Program-made: the position numbers and the translations under genes
Virus record (IMG/VR): IMGVR_UViG_3300045972_000138
Coordinates: 173,610-237,609 of that record
DNA length: 64,000 bases
Direction: 5' to 3' (one strand)
The notes under the pieces: model-generated
Told to the model about the DNA's origin: nothing
Database searches by the model: none
Seen by the model: only the letters and a program-made list of their open reading frames with translations
Shown here: positions 7,196 to 16,095 of the stretch, piece by piece
Position numbering within the stretch: position 1 is the first letter of the stretch
Layout: each line of letters begins with the position of its first letter

Positions 7196-7334
7196 TATAG
7201 AAAGCTTCCTGAGTAGCTACACTGGAACAACTGAAATACTAATGCCAGCCCCGAAAAAAGTGGGAAAGTTTCTTAGGACCAGCCAGGAAGAGTAGGGCTA
7301 CCACGAATTCGAGCGTCACAGGAAGCTTTCTATA
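7196..7334 (+). repeat. terminal hairpin S6, 16-bp perfect inverted repeat
   Basis: TATAGAAAGCTTCCTG (7196-7211) / CAGGAAGCTTTCTATA (7319-7334). Confidence 0.88.
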
Positions 7335-7346
7335 GATAAATACTGT

Positions 7347-7562
7347 ATGGCCACAATCAAGCGAAAATCTAAAATGACAGATGATGATTTCAGACGCGAT
7401 TTCGAAGACAGTGTCATTATGGAAGAACTTGATTTTGATACCATACCAATGGAACTATTAGCAGAATTTGAAGCAATGTCTATACAGTCAAAAGGTATAG
7501 ACCAGGATGTACAAGAACATATAGAAACTGAATTTGATCAATTACGTGACACCTATCTATAA
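7347..7562 (+). CDS. hypothetical acidic protein
   Basis: ORF after the ATAAATA box at 7336. Confidence 0.65.
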   Translation: MATIKRKSKMTDDDFRRDFEDSVIMEELDFDTIPMELLAEFEAMSIQSKGIDQDVQEHIETEFDQLRDTYL

Positions 7563-7777
7563 TGCTATTAAACATATTAAAACTCCTAGTGGTGGGCAAG
7601 CCAAAGGCCGCAACTAAAACGCCAAAGTACGAATCCTGGTACAATTCCGATATACGACTGTGGACTGCACAATTTAAAAATGATTCTGGTGATCAGATTG
7701 GTAGTGCAGGATTTGGTGCCAACAAATCTTCAGCAATTGAAGATCTATTCTACCAAAACATAGACATACTAGAATAA
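7562..7777 (+). CDS. hypothetical protein
   Basis: ORF coupled to the previous stop (TAATG). Confidence 0.6.
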   Translation: MLLNILKLLVVGKPKAATKTPKYESWYNSDIRLWTAQFKNDSGDQIGSAGFGANKSSAIEDLFYQNIDILE

Positions 7778-7812
7778 TTGTGTTATACTAACCACAACTA
7801 AGAAAGATTGCT

Positions 7813-8319
7813 ATGGACATTGTATACAAAGCGCGGGTATTTGCTACTGCTGCACACTACGCGGTTAAACAGGTGCGGAAGTACACTGGTGAACCTTACA
7901 TCGTGCATCCAGCAGAAGTAGTTAACATTCTGTACAAATATGGTGCAACAGACGAAATGGCTGCTGCAGGATGGTTACACGACACAGTGGAAGACACTGG
8001 TGTCACAATCGATGTCATTTACTACGAATTTGGGCAAACCATCGGCGAATATGTGAATTGGTTGACTGACCAAACCAAGCCCGAAGATGGTAACCGTGCC
8101 GTACGAAAGAAGATGGATGCTGATCGTTTAGCACTGGCACCAGCCGAAGTGCAGACTGTAAAGTATGCTGACCTGATCTCCAATACCAGGTCCATTACTG
8201 AATATGATGCAGGTTTCGCTAAAACATATTTGGTTGAAAAGGCTTACCTGTTAAGCGTAATGACAAAGGGTAATCCGCACCTTTACGAACTTGCGATGAA
8301 GAATATTGTATCAGTCTAA
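7813..8319 (+). CDS. HD-domain protein, RelA/SpoT-type (p)ppGpp hydrolase-like (Mesh1/SAH)
   Basis: AH..Q.RKYTGEPYIVHP, AGWLHDTVEDT and VKYADLISN motifs. Confidence 0.85.
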   Translation: MDIVYKARVFATAAHYAVKQVRKYTGEPYIVHPAEVVNILYKYGATDEMAAAGWLHDTVEDTGVTIDVIYYEFGQTIGEYVNWLTDQTKPEDGNRAVRKKMDADRLALAPAEVQTVKYADLISNTRSITEYDAGFAKTYLVEKAYLLSVMTKGNPHLYELAMKNIVSV

Positions 8320-8499
8320 GGTACTCTATGAAATACGCTAAAATTGCGGTTGGAATCCTATTTGTGTTAGTGCTAGTCAAAGGTCTTCTGTTTATCTCTA
8401 GTGAAGAGAACAGTATTAGACTGAATACTGACTGGGGCATCGCAAAAGATCATCCAATAAAATAATTGACTTTGTTTAAATTACTGCTATAATACATAT

Positions 8500-9918
8500 A
8501 TGACATACCAACTTATTAAAGAAATCGCATCTGATAACTCCAAGCTTCACAAGGAAGCAGTTATCAAGCGCGAAGCACTTGCAAACAATAGCGATTTCTT
8601 TGCAGGCCTGCGCTATGCACTGGACAATATCGACACCTTCGGTGTTAAGAAGGTTCCAGAACGCAGTGGGCCCGACGGCCCTGGGTTGCCGTTTATTGGA
8701 TTTGCTGCATTAGCGAACCAACTCATTGAACGCAATATTACTGGCGGCGCTGCATTGGATGCAATTGAAAAAGGTATGCGTCTTGCAACCAACGATGAGT
8801 GGAATGGCTGGTATCGTCTCATTCTGATTAAAGATTTGAAGGCAGGCTTCTCCGAGAGTACTGTTAACAAGGCAATCAAAGATACCCACCCGCAATGGGT
8901 AATTCCAACTACGCCGTATATGCGCTGCACATTGCCAGCCAAGTCCAACATGGAAGACTGGGATTGGAGCAAAGGTATTTACAGCCAAACCAAGGCCGAT
9001 GGTATGTTTGCTAATGTGAACATCCGTCAAGATGGTTACTTGTGGGTTACTAGCCGTGGTGGTACATTGTTTCCACCCGGTAGCCTGGGCATCGAAGATC
9101 AGCTTGTCGCAGTGTTCGATAAGGGCACACAGACGCACGGCGAACTTACTGTCTATATCGATGGTGTGTTGCAAGCTCGCGAAATCGGCAATGGTATCTT
9201 CAACAGTCTGCTTAAAGGCGGATCGTTGGAAGCAAACCAGAAGGTGCATTACGATTGCTGGGATCAGATTCCAATTGCCAAAGCACTACCTAAGGGCAAG
9301 TACGAGATTGGATACGAAAAGCGGTTTACTGTTTTAAAGATTCAGGTTGATACTGCAAAGAAAGATTCAGTAACTGCACACTTGGATCCAATTGAGCTTA
9401 CCGAAACGCGCATTGTGTTCTCTATGTCTGAAGCTGTAGTGCATTACAAGGAACACCGTGCTCGCAAGTTGGAAGGCACAATCCTTAAGGCACCTACTAC
9501 AATTTGGAAGGATGGCACATCCAAAGACCAAGTTAAGATGAAGGAAGAGATTGACGTTGAGTTGAAGGTAATTGGCTTCAATCCTGGCAAGGGCAAGAAT
9601 GCAAACACATTTGGTTCTATCCAGTGTGCAAGCGAATGCGACTTGCTGGAAGTAAATGTGTCTGGTATGAGCGATGATATGCGTGCTGCTATCCACGCAG
9701 ACCGTCTGAACTGGCCCGGTAAGATTATTACTGGTCGTTCCAACTCGCTGCTGGCTCCAAGCAAAGGTAAGAAGAATGGTAAGTGGTCTCTGTTCCTCCC
9801 GCGCTTGATTGAAGAGCGTATGGACAAGACTGTTGCCGATACATTGGAACAGATCCAAGCTCAGTTTGCTGCTGCTGAAGCTGCTGTTAAATCTACCGAA
9901 GAGGATAGCGAAGAATGA
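8500..9918 (+). CDS. lig: ATP-dependent DNA ligase (T4 gp30-like)
   Basis: KADG adenylation motif, HGEL, LEGTILK, and an OB-fold with LFLPR; preceded by TTGACT/TATAAT. Confidence 0.92.
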   Translation: MTYQLIKEIASDNSKLHKEAVIKREALANNSDFFAGLRYALDNIDTFGVKKVPERSGPDGPGLPFIGFAALANQLIERNITGGAALDAIEKGMRLATNDEWNGWYRLILIKDLKAGFSESTVNKAIKDTHPQWVIPTTPYMRCTLPAKSNMEDWDWSKGIYSQTKADGMFANVNIRQDGYLWVTSRGGTLFPPGSLGIEDQLVAVFDKGTQTHGELTVYIDGVLQAREIGNGIFNSLLKGGSLEANQKVHYDCWDQIPIAKALPKGKYEIGYEKRFTVLKIQVDTAKKDSVTAHLDPIELTETRIVFSMSEAVVHYKEHRARKLEGTILKAPTTIWKDGTSKDQVKMKEEIDVELKVIGFNPGKGKNANTFGSIQCASECDLLEVNVSGMSDDMRAAIHADRLNWPGKIITGRSNSLLAPSKGKKNGKWSLFLPRLIEERMDKTVADTLEQIQAQFAAAEAAVKSTEEDSEE

Positions 9919-10067
9919 ACGAAGAAATGGTAACCATCACTAAAGCAGAATACGATCAACTCTGTAAGGACTCTGAGTGGCTTGGCTATCTCGAAGCGGC
10001 TGGTGTTGACAACTGGCAAGGTATCGACGAAGCAATACAGATGCGACGAGAGGACAACGAAGAATGA
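9915..10067 (+). CDS. small hypothetical protein
   Basis: 50 aa, LEAAGVDNW motif; ATGA overlap with the ligase stop. Confidence 0.65.
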   Translation: MNEEMVTITKAEYDQLCKDSEWLGYLEAAGVDNWQGIDEAIQMRREDNEE

Positions 10068-10195
10068 AAGACTGCCCTGATTGCTGGCAAGAAGTAATCG
10101 ATGCAGACACAACTGAGTGCGAAAGCTGTGGCTTTAAATTTGTTGAGTTGATTGCTAATGAACACGATTGGGAAGAAATAAGTGAAACAGTATAA
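10064..10195 (+). CDS. small zinc-ribbon protein
   Basis: 43 aa with CPDC...CESC. Confidence 0.55.
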   Translation: MKDCPDCWQEVIDADTTECESCGFKFVELIANEHDWEEISETV

Positions 10196-10394
10196 AATTT
10201 TAGATACTATCTATTTGGGATTCTTAACTCATAATGATTCTTACGAATTGTTTATTGATCCGGGGTTTGGGCATTTGAAATTTGACGGTAGCGATATTGT
10301 GTATATTGATGCACACGGCGGCGAACACGTTTCGCACACTACAAACAACGCGATCGATATTTGGTTAGAACAAGGAAAGATTGAGGTGATGTAA
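10182..10394 (+). CDS. hypothetical protein
   Basis: ORF in the same operon. Confidence 0.6.
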   Translation: MKQYKILDTIYLGFLTHNDSYELFIDPGFGHLKFDGSDIVYIDAHGGEHVSHTTNNAIDIWLEQGKIEVM

Positions 10395-10545
10395 TGAAAG
10401 AAGAATTGTTAAAACTTCTTTACAGTCAACGCAGTCAAGTAATAGCAGACAGCGAACCCGACGAATTCGATTGTCTAGTTGGCCTTGTCGAAGATGGTAC
10501 AATTAGTACCTTTGAAGAACTTGCAGAATATGGCGTTGAGAAATA

Positions 10546-10648
10546 ACTTTCGAAATGGGGATGCGTTAGGTCAAGATTATAAACCTGGAAGAACCCTATA
10601 TATGTTTAACTAGGGTCCTAATGTTCGGTTCGAGACCGAAGCGAAAGT
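10546..10648 (+). ncRNA. candidate structured RNA with a perfect T arm
   Basis: ACTTTCG/CGAAAGT closing stem, CGTTAGG/CCTAATG, ACCCTA/TAGGGT, and TTCGG-TTCGAGA-CCGAA. Confidence 0.4.
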
Positions 10649-10665
10649 ATCTATAAGGAGATGAA

Positions 10666-10842
10666 ATGTTTGCTACATTGGTATTCTGTATTGTGATGTC
10701 GTTATTTGCAGTGGGATGTGTTGTTAAACCGCACTCAGATGCAAGGCGCGGAGATGTTCTTAAAACGTGGCTTGTTATGTTTTCGTCTTGCTGCATTGTA
10801 TCGTTTCCAGTGCATTGGGCATTTGTTGCGCTTTTTTGGTAA
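10666..10842 (+). CDS. 58-aa two-TM membrane protein (not in the ORF track)
   Basis: AAGGAG SD; MFATLVFCIVMSLFAVGCVV...WLVMFSSCCIVSFPVHWAFVALFW. Confidence 0.7.
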   Translation: MFATLVFCIVMSLFAVGCVVKPHSDARRGDVLKTWLVMFSSCCIVSFPVHWAFVALFW

Positions 10843-10852
10843 TAAATACTTT

Positions 10853-10932
10853 ACACAACTGATGAGTCCTTAAGGACGAAATTACAGAAGTAGTAGGATA
10901 AGGGATGGGATTCTCCTTCTGTAATATTGTGT
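10853..10932 (+). ncRNA. type I hammerhead ribozyme
   Basis: ACACAA-CTGATGA-GTCC(TTAA)GGAC-GAAA-TTACAGAAG...CTTCTGTAA-TA-TTGTGT; all core nucleotides and three stems are present; cleavage is predicted after 10926. Confidence 0.92.
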
Positions 10933-11231
10933 TATAAACATTTATATCGGTAGATAATACAACCACTATGGCATTACAAGCATCATAAGAGGTGAATGGT
11001 GCTTAACGCTATATGCATTTAAACTAAGATATTAAAGGTAACTATGCGCTCATCCACACGCAGGGAGAATATATCCAAAGGATTCTAATTTTTGCCAAAC
11101 AGACCTGTTGGCGGTCTAGTCCATCATATGACTTTAAGGTGCCTATGAATAATATAATTATCGGATGAAAAATCCAAACCGCTCTCGTCACTGCTCATCG
11201 GGCGAGATGTAATATGTAAGCAGATTGGAGG

Positions 11232-11255
11232 GCCCACTTCGGTGGGCTTTCTTTT
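11232..11255 (+). terminator. intrinsic terminator
   Basis: GCCCAC-TTCG-GTGGGC followed by TTTCTTTT. Confidence 0.85.
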
Positions 11256-11328
11256 GACCACAAATAGTTGTTGACTGGTAGTGCTTCCTGCGTTATAATA
11301 AAGACATACACAGCAACCAGGATACACA

Positions 11329-11712
11329 ATGTATACCAAGTATATTGAAGCACTGCGAATGATGGACGAAGTTATTGCAGTAGGCAAGGACGAGAAACAG
11401 ACACTTACCAAGTGGGACGAGTTGTTTACTTACATCCACGCTAACTTCGAATCCCCACATATCGGCAAGGCGGCTGAAGGATATGATGTACGTGTAGATT
11501 ACAACTATTGCCGGCCTGTAATCGACGGATCCTTTCGTGAAAATATGGAGGAAGTTATCCGCAGCATTCCGCCTATATTGCTCGACATTGTGTGGCCAAT
11601 TGGTATTGCACGTTTCCTGCTACGCGAAAATCGTGTGAAGTTTAACCATCGCTGGTCTACTACATTTGGCGAATTCCACGACCGTTACGGCTATATGATT
11701 TTGGAGTGCTAA
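11329..11712 (+). CDS. hypothetical protein, paralog of 13085..13432
   Basis: Shared YTK..EL, IH..FE.P and F..FH.RYG motifs. Confidence 0.7.
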   Translation: MYTKYIEALRMMDEVIAVGKDEKQTLTKWDELFTYIHANFESPHIGKAAEGYDVRVDYNYCRPVIDGSFRENMEEVIRSIPPILLDIVWPIGIARFLLRENRVKFNHRWSTTFGEFHDRYGYMILEC

Positions 11713-11716
11713 TACT

Positions 11717-12205
11717 ATGTCACTAATCAGTCAACTCAACAAACTTGGTAAGGCCGTGAATTGGGAATACCCCAATATCAACTACGGTGGTTGCTGTGTG
11801 TATGCTGCATTAGTTGCCGAAGCCTTGCTGTTGCATAAGGTTAATGTGCGCGGCATTGTAGCATCGCGTGAGGCGTGGGACTTCAATCGATATAATTCTA
11901 TTGATGATATTCGCCCGCATATCAAACATCACACAATCAACCGTTGGCAAGATAACGGTGTTGATTTTAGCCACATTGGGTTGGAATTCGAGATAAATGG
12001 TAAGCTTCGTCATTATGATTCCACTGGTGTAAAGAGGCCGGCGCGGGTCTTTAGCAACATGCCAATTTATAAAGGTCGCTTACAAGTGTATGAGCTTGTA
12101 AAATTAGCAGGCAAGGCACAGGGTTGGAATACAGCATTCAATCGTCGCCACATACCAAAAATCCGTGCAATGGTGCAGGATTATTTGGCAATTGATAAAG
12201 TTTAA
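11717..12205 (+). CDS. hypothetical protein, possible Cys-His-Asp (papain/transglutaminase-like) fold
   Basis: NYGGCC...FSHIGL...HYDSTG. Confidence 0.5.
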   Translation: MSLISQLNKLGKAVNWEYPNINYGGCCVYAALVAEALLLHKVNVRGIVASREAWDFNRYNSIDDIRPHIKHHTINRWQDNGVDFSHIGLEFEINGKLRHYDSTGVKRPARVFSNMPIYKGRLQVYELVKLAGKAQGWNTAFNRRHIPKIRAMVQDYLAIDKV

Positions 12206-12214
12206 GGAATAGAA

Positions 12215-12616
12215 ATGGTAAAAGAAACTGCCGCTGCACGTCGTGAGCGTGAAGCAAAAGAATTCGATAAGGCCAAGGAATTGGAATGGGCAGAATTCAC
12301 TGCTGCTTATCCTGCTAACTTTGCCAATCTCATTTTTGAATATATGGGTTTGTATTACGCAGGCTTCCGTGTTAGAAAAATAGACAGCGACACCTACAAC
12401 TTCAACCGTGAAGACTATTCTTGGAAAGAATTTACGTTGCAGGTGGTTCCTCCTAAATCCTACACGTGGGAATATATAAACGATTTCGATAACGCATACA
12501 AAACCTTAGCAGATTATGCGGCCGAAAAGGCAGAAGAGCGTCGTAGGGAATCTGTGCGAATGGCAGCACTGGCCAAGTTGAGCAAGGAAGAACGCGAACT
12601 GTTGGGGGTAAAATGA
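12215..12616 (+). CDS. hypothetical protein
   Basis: AAGGA SD; C-terminal ALAKLSKEERELLG motif shared with 14675..14941. Confidence 0.7.
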   Translation: MVKETAAARREREAKEFDKAKELEWAEFTAAYPANFANLIFEYMGLYYAGFRVRKIDSDTYNFNREDYSWKEFTLQVVPPKSYTWEYINDFDNAYKTLADYAAEKAEERRRESVRMAALAKLSKEERELLGVK

Positions 12617-13080
12617 AACAACTTTACGCTATCCGTGCATTTGGTGGTTCTTACGAAGATGCGTGGGAACGGACAGAATATGTAACCGATGATTTGGTCA
12701 AGGGTGAAGCATACTGTGCAGAGATGAATGCCTTCCGTGATGAAGTAATTACTGCCAAGAAGAAATGTCAAGAGTTCAGCCAACAATGGATAGCACAAAA
12801 TCCACGCCTTCCACATCCAGAACCAAAACAAATAGTGGTTCCACGGTGGGATAGCAAGACAAAGGTTACACAAGAAATGCGCGACGAACGTAAGCGACTA
12901 GAAGAAATAAACACCAATGCCAGAATGGTTGCATATGAACCTATGCGTCAATGGGGATTGGATTATAATGCCGCTATGAAAGCGTTCGACGCTACCTTCT
13001 CTGCTGAAATACAAGAAGGTCTTCAGAAGAATTGCGATGACACATATTGGGATATCGAACCCGTTGAATGGCTGGAGTAA
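12613..13080 (+). CDS. hypothetical protein
   Basis: ATGA-coupled ORF. Confidence 0.7.
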   Translation: MKQLYAIRAFGGSYEDAWERTEYVTDDLVKGEAYCAEMNAFRDEVITAKKKCQEFSQQWIAQNPRLPHPEPKQIVVPRWDSKTKVTQEMRDERKRLEEINTNARMVAYEPMRQWGLDYNAAMKAFDATFSAEIQEGLQKNCDDTYWDIEPVEWLE

Positions 13081-13084
13081 CAAA

Positions 13085-13432
13085 ATGGACAAATACACAA
13101 AAGCGATTGAATTGTTTAATACCTGTACATTATCGGCGCCCGATAATGTAAATGAGTGCGTAGATAATTTCCTGCTGCATATACACACAACGTTTGAAGC
13201 CCCACGTTCTTCTCCTGAAAATATTGTAGAATGCAAAAACATATTGTTAAGGAAGATATCTAAGGAAGATATACTACGCATTCCTACTGTTGTTTCGGAC
13301 GATATGTATCCTGTTGCGTTAATGAAGTTGTTGCTCACCGAATATCAACTTCCTATCATTGCGTCTAAGATTATGCATTTTAATGCATTCCATAGTCGCT
13401 ATGGTAGCATCATAATTCAATCAATGATGTAA
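13085..13432 (+). CDS. hypothetical protein, paralog of 11329..11712
   Basis: Shares the YTK..EL, IH..FE.P and F..FH.RYG motifs with 11329..11712; GGAG SD before ATG 13085. Confidence 0.65.
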   Translation: MDKYTKAIELFNTCTLSAPDNVNECVDNFLLHIHTTFEAPRSSPENIVECKNILLRKISKEDILRIPTVVSDDMYPVALMKLLLTEYQLPIIASKIMHFNAFHSRYGSIIIQSMM

Positions 13433-13495
13433 TAGTATTGACAAGGCTCCTATCTGTGCTATAATAAAGGCATAGAGTAACAAAAGGACCATACA

Positions 13496-13789
13496 ATGTC
13501 TTACATACTATTTGACCCAAACACAACGAAGATCGTTCGCATTATGCGTAACGGTTACTGGCAAGATGCTAAGTTTGCCACAATGGCTGCTGCTAAGGCT
13601 GCTGCTACTCGTATGTTCAAGGCAGGCACGCTGGCAAACGATGCTTGTGCAATCTTGGAAGCAAGCGAGTTTGCCAAGATTGAAAAGACCGAGATTGTGC
13701 AGAATTTGATGACTGGCAAGGATGTTGTGCAAAGTGTCAACACTCCGCTTTGCTGCGATGTATCTTCCGAAACTTATTGGAGCACCTGA
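13496..13789 (+). CDS. hypothetical protein
   Basis: Own TTGACA/TATAAT promoter; C-terminal TPLCCDVSSETYWS motif common in phage early proteins. Confidence 0.75.
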   Translation: MSYILFDPNTTKIVRIMRNGYWQDAKFATMAAAKAAATRMFKAGTLANDACAILEASEFAKIEKTEIVQNLMTGKDVVQSVNTPLCCDVSSETYWST

Positions 13790-14674
13790 AATGAAATACC
13801 TTGTGATTAGCCTGTATGATGGTACGCACCGTGTCGAGACCGAACTCGATGCCGATGCTTTCTTCGATATGGATTGTATTGAAAGCGAAGAAGCTATTGT
13901 GTGGCGCGGCGAAGAAACAATGATTGTCCGCTTCAAATGACTAAACAAGAAGAACAAATTCGGACTCGTATTGCCCGCAAAGGTATCTACTCCGAAGATA
14001 TCAAACACGCAGGACGGTTAACCGATGATGAGATTGCCGACCTGGCTATCGATAAGGTGTATTCCTGGGTGCGGCAGGGTGCGTGGAAAACAAAAGACTT
14101 CAACAAGTGGCTGAAGGTAATGAGGGTAATAGAATGAACGAGATGATAAACACAGCAATGAAAGTTATGAAGATGGCCGATTTGGAGAAAGAAGAAAAAC
14201 TTGCTCCGTTTGAAAAGGAAGAGCTGGCACGGTTGCGGCAAAAGCTAATGGGTACTGTACTCGAAGCCCCATTGCGTGTTTCTGATCCATTTGGGCTACT
14301 TAATGAGGACACAGAATGACACTACACGAACGTTGGCTGGCATTCTGCAAGAAGTATCTCGACAAGTGGATGCTTGCATTCCAACGCTCGCCAGATGTAA
14401 GCTACAGTGACTGGAAAGAGTTGCAAGTAGAATACAAGAAGGTGTATAATAAAGATTACGAACGCTAAATGGTTGGAGGATGATATGGCCATTCTATCTC
14501 GTGAACAGAAGTCAGAAGAAATTATGCGCTTAGAAATCGAACTATCTAAGATAGACAGAGATAACAACTATAACGAATATCTGAAAGTATTGCGTAAGAT
14601 ACAGAAATTAAGGAACTCGCTATGAACGAACTAATCTTACAACTTCAAATTCGTGCAACTTTTGGAGTTAAAGA

Positions 14675-14941
14675 ATGAAACAGTTTGAAATGGATTGCTA
14701 CGAAGTAGTCGAAGCAGATGGCGGCGGTATGCACGATCTCCACATCTGCTTCGTAGGTTCATCTAACCTTGCTGAAACACTTGTTGCTAGAAGTAAAGGT
14801 TATCGCAGGTATGTTAAGCACAATAAAACCTATACTGTTTTTGATACACTGGAAGAGGTTGATGCAAATAGTAAGGCTAACTTACGCAAGAGTGGTTTGG
14901 CCAAGTTAACCAATCTCGAAAAAGAAGCATTGGGGCTGTAG
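14675..14941 (+). CDS. hypothetical protein
   Basis: ORF; C-terminal GLAKLTNLEKEALGL. Confidence 0.65.
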   Translation: MKQFEMDCYEVVEADGGGMHDLHICFVGSSNLAETLVARSKGYRRYVKHNKTYTVFDTLEEVDANSKANLRKSGLAKLTNLEKEALGL

Positions 14942-15151
14942 TGTCTTTACTAACCAGACTTGAAAAGCAAGAAGAGCGAGTGCGTAAAGCGGCCTTCAAC
15001 CTGTCAAAAGAAAAATTAGCCCTTAGAGAATTAGAATTAAAAAGACTCAATTGCGCTCACATTTTTAGTAAACCTGTGTTAAACTACGAGCACGAAGGCG
15101 GATACTGCACTAAATGTGGTATTAACGAATTGTACGCATACACATTAGCAA

Positions 15152-15553
15152 ATGAACAAAGAACTACTCGATAAGGTGCTACCTATTGCTCGTGGTGTCC
15201 GGACGTGGACAGAACGAAAAGCAGAGGCGGCAAATTACAACCCCGATACATTGTGTGGCTGGTGTGCTATTTCCGCTGCCCACCTGTTTCGTGCATTAAG
15301 CAATGAAGGAATTAAATCCGAATTGCATTATGTTAGTGGGCACTGCTTTGTGGTAGTAGAAGATCACGTAGTAGATGTGACTGCTACTCAGTTCCCAGAA
15401 CTTCGAACTAACGATGTCTTTATTAAACATCACAAGGAAGTTGATTATCATTGGTTCTACCAAACCAGTCATATATTTGAGAAACCAATGGAACTGCGTG
15501 AACACCAACTTAAAGAAAAGTGGCCACGTCGCCAAATTGCCTATACACGGTAA
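15152..15553 (+). CDS. hypothetical protein, possible Cys-His-Asp fold
   Basis: GWCAISA...GHCFVVVEDHVVDVTATQF. Confidence 0.55.
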   Translation: MNKELLDKVLPIARGVRTWTERKAEAANYNPDTLCGWCAISAAHLFRALSNEGIKSELHYVSGHCFVVVEDHVVDVTATQFPELRTNDVFIKHHKEVDYHWFYQTSHIFEKPMELREHQLKEKWPRRQIAYTR

Positions 15554-15620
15554 AATAGGTAGACAGGTGATGCCTTCTTTGTTATAATTAAAACATCATT
15601 AACACACATAGGAGCCTAAA

Positions 15621-15875
15621 ATGGCATCTTTGAAGAAATGCGTAGAAGCAAAGTGCAAGCAATGCACATATGATTCCGCACAAGCAGGATCGTGGCGTCA
15701 TCAGGTTGAATTGTGTACTGTGCGTTCTTGCCCACTGTGGGAAGTTCGTCCAATCACAATGGAAACAATGTTGGCTCGTCGCAAGGACAAGAATGCAGCT
15801 GGCATCAATCTCGATGCGCTGGTCGATGGCCTGGAAGACGAATCCGACGACGAACCCGCAATGGCGGTAGCGTGA
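15621..15875 (+). CDS. small Cys-rich zinc-binding protein
   Basis: KCKQC...LCTVRSCPLWEVRP; own promoter and AGGAG. Confidence 0.7.
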   Translation: MASLKKCVEAKCKQCTYDSAQAGSWRHQVELCTVRSCPLWEVRPITMETMLARRKDKNAAGINLDALVDGLEDESDDEPAMAVA

Positions 15876-16095
15876 GCCTATTCTGCAAACTGCTAGGCCA
15901 TAAGATTCCGAAAGGATATTATGGCTACGGCGAGAAGTATCTCAATGTCGGTGTGTTTGCAATTGATGGCATTGATCGCATACACGCTCGATTAACAGTT
16001 GAATGTGAGCGTTGCGAAACAAAGTTCGATGTTGGTAACATTCATCTTCCTATGCTTACACAACACGAAGCAAATATGCTTGTAAGGAAAGAAAA

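Noticed and set aside
5180-7334. tmRNA or RNase P RNA in the island
   Set aside because: No tmRNA-type Ala acceptor with a tag ORF and no RNase P P4 consensus were found by eye.
8613-9858. Several long minus-strand ORFs antisense to the ligase (and similar ones antisense to 42196..43323)
   Set aside because: They are codon-bias shadows of strong plus-strand genes, with no SD or motifs.
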